64,000 bases of DNA. Source: an uncultured Gammaproteobacteria bacterium (GTDB lineage: Bacteria > Patescibacteriota > Microgenomatia > Levybacterales > GWA1-39-11). Position numbers and translations under genes: made by a program. Below, piece by piece: positions 18,825 through 25,979 of this stretch (position 1 is the first letter of the stretch; every line of letters begins with the position of its first letter). The notes beneath the pieces are model-generated. The model saw only the letters and a list, made by a program, of their open reading frames with translations. It was not told where the DNA came from and did no database searches. The stretch is taken from positions 395,060-459,059 of the forward strand of contig CAYRKM010000001.1 in NCBI GenBank assembly GCA_964425075.1, given 5' to 3'.

Positions 18825-21047
18825 ATGAATAACAAAAAAACAAGAAAATTACTGTCCACAGTATTAATACTAGTTATATTTTCAGCAAAACTTGCTTTTC
18901 CAATTGGTGCTTTAGCTCTTGATGCTCCAACTGCGCCGAGTGCACCTACTGCTCCAAGCGCTCCATCTGCTCCAACTGCGCCGAGTGCACCTACTGCTCC
19001 AAGCGCTCCATCTGCTCCAACTGCGCCAACTTCTCCCCCAGCACCTACTGCGCCAGTTGCTCCAACTGCGCCGAGTGCACCTACATTAGTAACTCCAACA
19101 CCAACACCCACAGAGACTACACAGGCGCAGCAACAATCAGCACCAAAAGAAAGCAGCAATGATATTCAAAACCAAGAAAATGAATCAAATACACAAGGTG
19201 GAAATGTGGGGGATACAACAATTGACACGGGAGATGCTACAAGTAACGGTACAATTTCAAATGTAGGAAATACAAATACAGCCTCAACTCCTGGAGGAAG
19301 TGGTGGAGGAGCCACAGTTGTAAATAGCGGAAATGGGGAGGACTCAACAAACACTGGAGCAGTAATAAGTTCAGATACTTCAACCACTAACCAGACTAAT
19401 TCAGCAACTATTAATAACACAATGAATCAAGGAGCAACAAGCGGAAATAACATTTCTGATAGTAATGTTGGAAATACAACCATTAATACTGGGGATTCAA
19501 ACACTAGCGGAACTATTATTAATGCAGTGAATACAAATGTTGATGGAATTGCAGTTGCCGAGTTCAATGTAGTAGATGATCATATTGGGGACATAATTCT
19601 CGACTTCGGAAATTCAAATTGTATCGCAGGATGCGGAGGAGAAACAGCAGTTATTAATACTGGAAATGGGGAGGACTCAACCAATACTGGAACTGTTGAC
19701 TCTACAACTACAGATAACACTTTCCAAACTAACACAGCAGGAATTGTAAATGACATGATTCTTGATTCTAACGCTGGAGACAATTCAGCATCTCACAATA
19801 CGGGTGGAGACAGCATTATAACAACGGGCGATGCTAATACGGCAGCAAATGTAATGAATTTGGTTAACAATAATATTGCAGGGAATGTGATATTGGGAGT
19901 CGTTAATATATTCGGAGACCTTATTGGAGATATCATTTTGCCAGAAAATCCATTTGCAAATTGTTCAACTTGTGTTGCAAATAACACAACAGTCGCAAAT
20001 ACAGGAAATGGCGAAGGTTCTACAAATGAAGCTACATTTACTAGCACCACAAATGATGGAACATTTCAATACAATGACGCAAGCATTCAGAATAACATAA
20101 TAAGCGATGCTAATTCAGGAGATAATTCAGCAAGCAAGAATACTGGAGGCAGTAGCAATATCGAAACTGGAGATACTAATACTGAGGTAGGAATATTGAA
20201 TATCGCAAACATGAATCTTGCGGGTGGGGATTGGTGGTTAGTAATCGTAAACGAAGCAGGACAATGGATCGGAAAGATATTGGGTGGAGACGGAAGCAAC
20301 GTAGCAGGTTCTAATGGACTTGAATTTATAGTAGATCCACTTACTGGGGCAGTAACAGCAAAGAATTCAGGAAATGGTGAAGGCTCAACCAACACAGCAG
20401 CAGTTAACCAGACAAACAATTCAACAACCAACCAAAGCAACACTGCAGCAATTACAAATAATCTTGACCTATCTGCTAATACCGGTGGAAACAGTACTAG
20501 TCACAACACTGGTGGTAACAACTCAATAGTAACTGGGGATGCTCACATAATCGCAAACATAGTTAACTTTGTTAACAATAATATAACTGGCAATGGTAGG
20601 CTCTTTGTAACAGTAGTGAATGTATTTGGAAGTTGGATGGGAGATTTGGTAACTCCTGGACAACATAAGGAAACAGCATCTGCACAAAATGGAGTAGGTG
20701 GATCAAACGGCTCAAATAATTCAACATCAACAGTTCAAGGTTCATTCGGAAGTTCGTCTAGCCTTGTTCAAGCAGAGAATGTGCTTTCACAAATCACAGG
20801 AAACGGCAACAATAACACTCTTGCATACGGAAGCGTTCAGGGTACAAACGACTCAAAACCACAAAATGATGCTACTGTTGCAAGCGTAGGGCAAGACGAC
20901 TCTGCGGCAGTAGCAGATAAGAATATCAATATTAATTTAGCATGGTTCCTTCTCTTAATTCCAGGGATGGGATTTGTGCTACTCGCAAAAAAATCGTTTG
21001 CTCCAGTTTCAAGCCTGGCGCTAAGAGGTATACATTTGTTTCTTTAA
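18825..21047 (+). CDS. Secreted tandem-repeat protein with PT/PS-rich linker, paralog B
   Basis: Signal peptide. (APTAPSAPS)n linker. Repeats contain NTGNGEDSTN, NTGGxSxIxTGDxNT and IFGDLIGDIILPE segments. C-terminal hydrophobic segment + KK. Confidence 0.8.
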   Translation: MNNKKTRKLLSTVLILVIFSAKLAFPIGALALDAPTAPSAPTAPSAPSAPTAPSAPTAPSAPSAPTAPTSPPAPTAPVAPTAPSAPTLVTPTPTPTETTQAQQQSAPKESSNDIQNQENESNTQGGNVGDTTIDTGDATSNGTISNVGNTNTASTPGGSGGGATVVNSGNGEDSTNTGAVISSDTSTTNQTNSATINNTMNQGATSGNNISDSNVGNTTINTGDSNTSGTIINAVNTNVDGIAVAEFNVVDDHIGDIILDFGNSNCIAGCGGETAVINTGNGEDSTNTGTVDSTTTDNTFQTNTAGIVNDMILDSNAGDNSASHNTGGDSIITTGDANTAANVMNLVNNNIAGNVILGVVNIFGDLIGDIILPENPFANCSTCVANNTTVANTGNGEGSTNEATFTSTTNDGTFQYNDASIQNNIISDANSGDNSASKNTGGSSNIETGDTNTEVGILNIANMNLAGGDWWLVIVNEAGQWIGKILGGDGSNVAGSNGLEFIVDPLTGAVTAKNSGNGEGSTNTAAVNQTNNSTTNQSNTAAITNNLDLSANTGGNSTSHNTGGNNSIVTGDAHIIANIVNFVNNNITGNGRLFVTVVNVFGSWMGDLVTPGQHKETASAQNGVGGSNGSNNSTSTVQGSFGSSSSLVQAENVLSQITGNGNNNTLAYGSVQGTNDSKPQNDATVASVGQDDSAAVADKNININLAWFLLLIPGMGFVLLAKKSFAPVSSLALRGIHLFL
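18925..19085 (+). repeat. 45-bp tandem repeat (2 perfect + 1-2 degenerate copies) encoding the PT-linker
   Basis: gctccaactgcgccgagtgcacctactgctccaagcgctccatct is repeated head-to-tail. Confidence 0.85.
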
Positions 21048-21051
21048 AATC

Positions 21052-22173
21052 ATGTTTAAGAAGGCAGTAATGTTCATAATCTGCCTGCCCATAGTTCACT
21101 TCGCACTTGCATTTCAAGTTAGAGCAGAAGAGATTAACCTTTCCGTTACTGGTAATGGTGAGGGTTCGTCAAATGCTACACAAGTTCAGAATAATACTAC
21201 TACGACAGTTACCCAAACCAACACAGCGGATATAAATAATAATGTAAATACGAATACTAACACTGGAGGAAATAATGCAACTGATAATAACGGAAATGCT
21301 TCAATTCAAACAGGCGATTCGACAACTTCTACTACTATTAATAATGAAAATATCAATTCAAATTCAGCAAATATTAATCCATGCTGCAATGGTAATTCTG
21401 TAAATATTGAGATTTCAGGAAATGGTAGTGATTCCAACAATTTAGTTAATGCTTCAAATAATAATACAAACAACATCTACCAAACTAACTACGCAAATAT
21501 CTACAACAACGCAATGACAAATTCTAACACCGGATACAACAGCGCAGACAGCAATATTGGAAATGTATACATAAAGACTGGAAATATTTCAGCAACTACA
21601 AAAATCAATAACAAAAATATTAATAATAGCTATGCTGCAGGAGGTAGCGTTGATTCCTCTTTTTATGCTGTTATAAAAAATAATGGAGAAGATTCTGAGA
21701 ACAAAATTATTTTCAACAAGGATAATGAAAATAATCTAATTGTTACAAATATTGCAAACATATCAAATAATGTAGAGCACAATTTGAATACTGGATACAA
21801 TAGTGCAAATGGAAATTTGGGTGACGTTGCAATAATTACAGGAGATATTACAAGCGATGTTGAAATCAATAATGAAAATATAAATAGTAGTACTGCAATT
21901 CTTCCATGCTTAACATGCGAAAAACCAGAAGATCCTGAAACTCCACCTACTAACCCACCAAGCACACCACCTACATCAGTTGGTGGTGGAGGTGGTGGTG
22001 ATGGAAGATCAGACGGTAGGTCTGATGGAAAAGGTGGTTCGGTATTGGGTGCTATGTTGCCTGCAACAGGACTTCCTTTTATGTTCTACGCTACGCTTCT
22101 TCTCTTCTTCCTTTTCCTCTCAGGTATCTTTCTGCGTTATCACTCCGGAGTTTCTCCTCCAGTTGTAGCTTAG
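21052..22173 (+). CDS. Secreted repeat protein with C-terminal LPATG sortase sorting signal, paralog C
   Basis: Signal peptide. SGNGEGSSN/NTGGNNA...IQTGDST repeats and CC/CxxC motifs. C-terminus LPATG + hydrophobic stretch + RYHSG basic tail. Confidence 0.8.
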   Translation: MFKKAVMFIICLPIVHFALAFQVRAEEINLSVTGNGEGSSNATQVQNNTTTTVTQTNTADINNNVNTNTNTGGNNATDNNGNASIQTGDSTTSTTINNENINSNSANINPCCNGNSVNIEISGNGSDSNNLVNASNNNTNNIYQTNYANIYNNAMTNSNTGYNSADSNIGNVYIKTGNISATTKINNKNINNSYAAGGSVDSSFYAVIKNNGEDSENKIIFNKDNENNLIVTNIANISNNVEHNLNTGYNSANGNLGDVAIITGDITSDVEINNENINSSTAILPCLTCEKPEDPETPPTNPPSTPPTSVGGGGGGDGRSDGRSDGKGGSVLGAMLPATGLPFMFYATLLLFFLFLSGIFLRYHSGVSPPVVA

Positions 22174-22183
22174 TATTTTAAAC

Positions 22184-22212
22184 CAAAGCCCCGCTAAGCG
22201 GGGTTTTTTCTT
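22184..22212 (+). terminator. Rho-independent terminator
   Basis: aaagccccgcTAAgcggggtttttt directly after the stop of 21052..22173. Confidence 0.8.
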
Positions 22213-22226
22213 GGTTTAAGCATAGT

Positions 22227-22255
22227 TGCATTATGTTTGTTTCGTGTTTAATATA
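22227..22255 (+). promoter_or_regulatory. Sigma70-like promoter for the sortase gene
   Basis: TTGCAT(17)TAATAT. Confidence 0.4.
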
Positions 22256-22294
22256 CCTTTATGAAGAAGCAAGGCTTGTTCACAATCAGAGATT

Positions 22295-22852
22295 ATGAGT
22301 AGAAAACTTCAGAGAAATATCGGCAACGCTCTAATGGCGTTTTCTTTTTTAGGTTTGGTATTAATTTATTACCCAATAGCAAAAGAATATTTATTTCCTC
22401 CTACTTATACCCAAGAGGAGAAGAAAAGTCTTGGATTTTCTGTCGAAATTCCATCAATTAATGTTTTTTCAAAAGTAATCGAAAATGTAGACCCTTTCAA
22501 TCAGGCAGAATACATAGAGTCCCTTAAGGACGGAGTAGCACATGCGAAAGGCACTTCTTTGCCTGGTGAAAAAGGAACTATATATCTTTTTGCTCACTCC
22601 TCGGACGTACCATGGAGAATTACAAGATATAACACTGCATTTTTTAAATTAGGACAGGTGAAAAATGGGGAGGAAATACTAATTCAACACAAAGGCAGGG
22701 AGTATAAATATAAAGTGTTTACTCAAAAAACAGTTTGGCCAAGCGAAGTTAAATACCTAACTGAGTCTCAAGGTGACGTATTAATTCTTCAAACCTGTAC
22801 ACCAGTAGGAACTTCCTTTAAAAGACTTCTTGTATTTGCAAAACCCCTCTAG
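22295..22852 (+). CDS. Sortase-family transpeptidase
   Basis: N-terminal TM anchor. Candidate catalytic His in IYLFAHS. Active-site motif LILQTCTP (TLxTC). Conserved Arg in FKRLLVFA. Confidence 0.8.
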   Translation: MSRKLQRNIGNALMAFSFLGLVLIYYPIAKEYLFPPTYTQEEKKSLGFSVEIPSINVFSKVIENVDPFNQAEYIESLKDGVAHAKGTSLPGEKGTIYLFAHSSDVPWRITRYNTAFFKLGQVKNGEEILIQHKGREYKYKVFTQKTVWPSEVKYLTESQGDVLILQTCTPVGTSFKRLLVFAKPL

Positions 22853-22896
22853 GTGTGGCGGGGGCGGACGAGCCGCCCCCATGCGCCCTTACGGGT

Positions 22897-23136
22897 TCAT
22901 TCTTGTTGTGGGTAAAATAACCTCCTTACTATGTTGAAGAGCCCGTTGAAAATCGAGATAACGATCATGATGGGCGTGCCAACATAGATAAGTATCCCAA
23001 TCCCGACGTGCTCTTTCGTAGTGGCTACAGGATGGCGGCGAAACCGCTCCCTCGTGTACTCGCTGAATGCATCTGGGATCATCAAGCAGAGTGTGATGAT
23101 TCCCCACACTGCCAAGATGATAATCAAGATTTCCAC
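22897..23136 (-). CDS. Small two-TM membrane protein, hypothetical (GTG start)
   Basis: SD GGGAGGAGGG lies 6 nt upstream of the GTG. Two hydrophobic helices. Confidence 0.5.
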   Translation of the reverse strand: MEILIIILAVWGIITLCLMIPDAFSEYTRERFRRHPVATTKEHVGIGILIYVGTPIMIVISIFNGLFNIVRRLFYPQQE

Positions 23137-23157
23137 CGGTGTCCCTCCTCCCAGAGG

Positions 23158-23175
23158 TGAATGGGTCCCGCCTCG
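23158..23175. repeat. 18-bp direct repeat copy 1 (gaatgggtcccgcctcgc) in the 5'UTR of the 2-TM gene
   Basis: Identical 18-mer also at 23445-23462. It lies 20-30 nt upstream of the SD of the minus-strand gene. Confidence 0.8.
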
Positions 23176-23206
23176 CGGCGAGACCTGCTGCGTGATGGGG
23201 TGCTGA

Positions 23207-23425
23207 CTACCGTCGGGATCTACGAGACTTTTTCTTTTTGGCGACTCGTCGTCGGAAGATCAGACAGTACGTCTCCAGACCTTTTGACGGTTTCTGTTTG
23301 GTCGGCGCAAACCCAACGAATTCCCAGCCTCCGTAGTGGGCCATTCCATCCAAATGGTCTTTGAGAAGGGCAGTCGCCCTCCATGAATCTGCACTGACTT
23401 CCTGAAGCTTGTGCTCGTATTTCAT
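23207..23425 (-). CDS. DUF4177-like small protein
   Basis: MKYEHK...GGWEFVGFAPT...YCLIFRRR resembles the DUF4177 consensus (KWEY...GWELV...YLKRP). SD GAAGGAG lies 7 nt upstream. Confidence 0.45.
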   Translation of the reverse strand: MKYEHKLQEVSADSWRATALLKDHLDGMAHYGGWEFVGFAPTKQKPSKGLETYCLIFRRRVAKKKKSRRSRR

Positions 23426-23444
23426 CGAATGCTCCTTCGAGGCG

Positions 23445-23462
23445 AATGGGTCCCGCCTCGCA
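23445..23462. repeat. 18-bp direct repeat copy 2 in the 5'UTR of the DUF4177 gene
   Basis: Identical to 23158-23175. Confidence 0.8.
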
Positions 23463-23488
23463 GCAGGACTGGCCGAGTTGTATTCTGA

Positions 23489-23656
23489 CTAGTCGTTCGG
23501 GTTGTCAAACCTTTTTCTTCTGGTGGAAGATTTTGGGTTTGACTCTCCGCGTATCTTCCTTGCTTCCTGAACAATCCCCTGAGCATGCTCAACAATGTTG
23601 GCAATGCTCTCGAGGATTCCGCCTATTCGACGGCACATTCTCACAAACCTATCCAT
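23489..23656 (-). CDS. 55-aa hypothetical small protein (helical, basic C-terminus)
   Basis: Manual translation gives MDRFVRMCRRIGGILESIANIVEHAQGIVQEARKIRGESNPKSSTRRKRFDNPND. SD AAAGGAG lies 6 nt upstream. Not in the ORF track (<60 aa). Confidence 0.35.
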   Translation of the reverse strand: MDRFVRMCRRIGGILESIANIVEHAQGIVQEARKIRGESNPKSSTRRKRFDNPND

Positions 23657-23945
23657 CGTTTCTCCTTTTTTTGAGTTTTGTCCCGCGCAATCCCGATCTT
23701 ATCGGAACTCTGCGGGGCAAAACTCTTCCACCTTCGCTAAAGCTATGGCGGATAAACAAGAATGAATTGTAAAGGTGCGTACTTTTTTGTTTAATCTGGT
23801 GAATTTAAGCACGTTAAAAACTATCAATCAAACTGAAAAGTGGATGGATTATATAGGAAAATGGATCCAAAATCAAAACTATAAGTTTAAAAACACAAAA
23901 AACCCCTCCAAATTGGAAGGGCTTTTTGTATCAACTAGAAAGAAA

Positions 23946-24539
23946 CTAGTTTGAGTTTGTTGAACCTGTAACATTTACAGTTGTAGTGGTTGTATTGTCA
24001 TCAGTATTGATGTCATTAGCGCCACCAACGTTACCGTTAGCATTATTGCCCCCAGTGTTTTGAACTGTTGTTACGTTTGTGCTAACAATTGTGGTATTTT
24101 TTTGCTTCACAATGTTTTTGCAAAGATCGATTACCAAAGCTCCATTAACTGAGCCAGCACCATTGTGATGTATGTCAACCGTTGTTTCGCCTTGTCCATC
24201 ACAACAACAGCTTTCTGCTGTGTTGGTATTGGTTCCACCTGCAACAGTCACATTTGTTGTTGTCGTATTTTTACCTGTAGTAATGGTATTTCCGCCACCA
24301 ACGTTACCGTTAGCATTATTGCCCCCAGTGTTTTGAACTGTTGTTACGTTTGTGCTAACAATTGTGGTATTTTTTTGCTTCACTTTCGATTTAGAAAGCT
24401 TTACAATAAGCGCTCCGTTGACTGAGCCAGCACCATTATTATTGATTTCAATTGGTGCAGCGAATGCTGTCGGGACTACCAAAGCCGCCATCATTGTTCC
24501 AGTTGCGATAGCTGTTGTAATTTTGTATTTAATATTCAT
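23946..24539 (-). CDS. Secreted repeat protein (2 internal repeats), paralog D
   Basis: SD aaggaggtga. Signal peptide ...VVPTAFAAP. Duplicated NNGAGSVNGAL..KQKNTTIVSTNVTTVQNTGGNNANGNVGG unit. CCCDGQ motif. Confidence 0.75.
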   Translation of the reverse strand: MNIKYKITTAIATGTMMAALVVPTAFAAPIEINNNGAGSVNGALIVKLSKSKVKQKNTTIVSTNVTTVQNTGGNNANGNVGGGNTITTGKNTTTTNVTVAGGTNTNTAESCCCDGQGETTVDIHHNGAGSVNGALVIDLCKNIVKQKNTTIVSTNVTTVQNTGGNNANGNVGGANDINTDDNTTTTTVNVTGSTNSN

Positions 24540-24604
24540 TTTTTTTATTCACCTCCTTTCAAGCTAAGATATCTCCGATTTACGTTTCGGCAAACGTACT
24601 AAAA

Positions 24605-25456
24605 CTATGCTTCACAGAAAGATTCTGCTTCAGCGTTACAATAATCATTGTCTGCGCCTCCGTTGGCATCATCTGTTCCTCCATCACCTTTTAGTGAATC
24701 AGAACCTACTCCTCCAAAAAGATGGTCGCTTCCAGAAGCTCCTTTAATAGAGTCGCTTCCATTCTCGCCATACAACCAATCGTTTCCTTCATTTCCCTGA
24801 ATAGCATCACTACCATTTCCACCGAGAACTACATCATTACCGCCTTGTCCGTGTATGGCATCACTTCCATTTCCTCCTACAATACAATCATTGCCTCCCT
24901 TACCGTTAATGACGTCACTTCCTCCTTTTCCAAGGATTAAGTCAGGACCGCTAGTACCATTTAGTACTTCACTTGCTTCTGTTCCTTCAATGACGTTGTA
25001 TTCAACTTCATCATCACATTGCTCAGGAATGTTTGAAGGAGGCGTTGCCTCAATCTCATCCGCTGATCCGGCAGGCATTGTAAAGGTTGAACAATTACCA
25101 TCAGTTGTTCCGCTGATAGATCCATCGTTTGCTATTGTTCCATTACCATTTAATGTATAGCCGAAGTTTGCACCGGTATAAACAAGAGCAAAGGTAATAC
25201 TGCTTCCATCTATTGTGCCGTCAATATCCCATGTGTATGAAGCATCTGCGTCAAAATCACCTGTTCCGGCAAACACTCCGTTTACGTCCTGAGAAACCGT
25301 ATTGAGAGTGTGAGCATAGTCAGACCCTCCGCAATTAAAAACTATAGCTTTCGGTGCTGTTAATTCCCAGTTTGGGGCTGCGAATGCTGGCATTGCAACA
25401 TTTCCAAAAAGAAGAGCTGCTGCAGCTCCTGTCGTTAAAATTTTTTTTATATTCAT
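24605..25456 (-). CDS. Secreted protein with RTX-type calcium-binding beta-roll repeats
   Basis: SD gagggggtga. Signal peptide MNIKKILTTGAAAALLFGNVAMPAFAAP. Multiple GGxGxD nonapeptides (GGNGSDAIHGQGGNDVVLGGNGSDAIQG...). Confidence 0.75.
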   Translation of the reverse strand: MNIKKILTTGAAAALLFGNVAMPAFAAPNWELTAPKAIVFNCGGSDYAHTLNTVSQDVNGVFAGTGDFDADASYTWDIDGTIDGSSITFALVYTGANFGYTLNGNGTIANDGSISGTTDGNCSTFTMPAGSADEIEATPPSNIPEQCDDEVEYNVIEGTEASEVLNGTSGPDLILGKGGSDVINGKGGNDCIVGGNGSDAIHGQGGNDVVLGGNGSDAIQGNEGNDWLYGENGSDSIKGASGSDHLFGGVGSDSLKGDGGTDDANGGADNDYCNAEAESFCEA

Positions 25457-25865
25457 TTTTTTCACCCCCTCTCGTGTAAAATCGCCCTGCCATTCCATAT
25501 GAACTTTCTAAGCATTTACTGCATCAATGCAGGCACAAAAAAACAACCATATCGGTTGTTTAGCAATTTGTGTTGTATAAAAATTTCATAGGCAGGTTCA
25601 TGTTTTTTCTCCTGCCTCTTCTCGCGAAAGCTCAAATTAGGCAGGTTAAATTAGCTACTGCCCTTTATCTAAAAGAAGATTTAGGCAGATTCAAATAAAA
25701 AAATAAGGAATAACGCTTAAGTGGGCAAGAATGAATACTTAGCAATTAACAGAGTATTGTATTAGTAGTTTTATTAAAAAAACGTTGATGTGTCAAGGTA
25801 AGCAAAATGGATACATTTGGATTAAAAAGTGTCAATATTCTTTTCACGGTTTTAGAGTGGTTAGC

Positions 25866-25895
25866 TTGACTTCAAGCGCTATTTTCTGCTAAAAT
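25866..25895 (+). promoter_or_regulatory. Sigma70-like promoter
   Basis: TTGACT(18)TAAAAT. Confidence 0.5.
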
Positions 25896-25951
25896 GAACA
25901 CAATAAAGTGTTATATTAGGTTCTTGCTAAATATAACTAAAGTAATGTGCG

Positions 25952-25976
25952 CGGTGGGACAACCCACCGTTTTTTA
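25952..25976 (+). terminator. Intrinsic terminator-like hairpin + T6 immediately upstream of the nusA ATG
   Basis: cggtggg-acaa-cccaccg followed by tttttt. The ATG is 4 nt later. Confidence 0.6.
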
Positions 25977-25979
25977 AAT

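Larger units (their letters stand above)
22853..23760 (-). other. GC-rich (~50-55%) compositional island, probably horizontally acquired
   Basis: Abrupt GC shift relative to the flanks. Contains three small minus-strand genes with strong SDs, two copies of an 18-bp direct repeat and a GC hairpin gggggcgg-acgag-ccgccccc at the left edge. Confidence 0.6.

Noticed and set aside
18900-19100. Possible CRISPR array, suggested by the short direct repeats
   Set aside because: The repeats are contiguous 45-bp in-frame tandem units inside a coding region with no spacers. This is not CRISPR architecture.
18797-20443. Multiple minus-strand ORFs (e.g. 18797..19159, 19166..19420, 19580..19783, 19793..20050, 20087..20443) antisense to the 740-aa repeat-protein gene
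   Set aside because: They are low-complexity mirror translations of the repetitive sense gene (Ala/Gly/Pro/Val-rich), with no SDs. The sense gene has signal peptide, SD and paralogs.
21001-21047. PGF-CTERM/archaeosortase-type sorting signal at the C-terminus of the 740-aa repeat protein (IPGMGFVLLAKK)
   Set aside because: Only a loose resemblance (PGMGF is not PGF). No archaeosortase is evident. It is more likely a simple C-terminal TM anchor or degenerate sorting signal.
22889-23107. ORF 22889..23107 (-) overlapping the 2-TM gene in another frame
   Set aside because: Out-of-frame overlap with the better-supported 22897..23136 ORF (SD, TM helices).
23422-23604. ORF 23422..23604 (-), 60 aa
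   Set aside because: It overlaps, in a different frame, the manually found 55-aa ORF that has a proper SD. It lacks an SD of its own.
23021-23772. Plus-strand ORFs in the GC-rich island (23021..23206, 23161..23364, 23446..23772), two starting MGPAS...
   Set aside because: Their ATG sits inside the 18-bp repeat with a GAGGxGA directly abutting it, with no proper spacing. The sequences look non-protein-like. The minus-strand genes have well-spaced strong SDs. Elevated GC inflates spurious ORF length.
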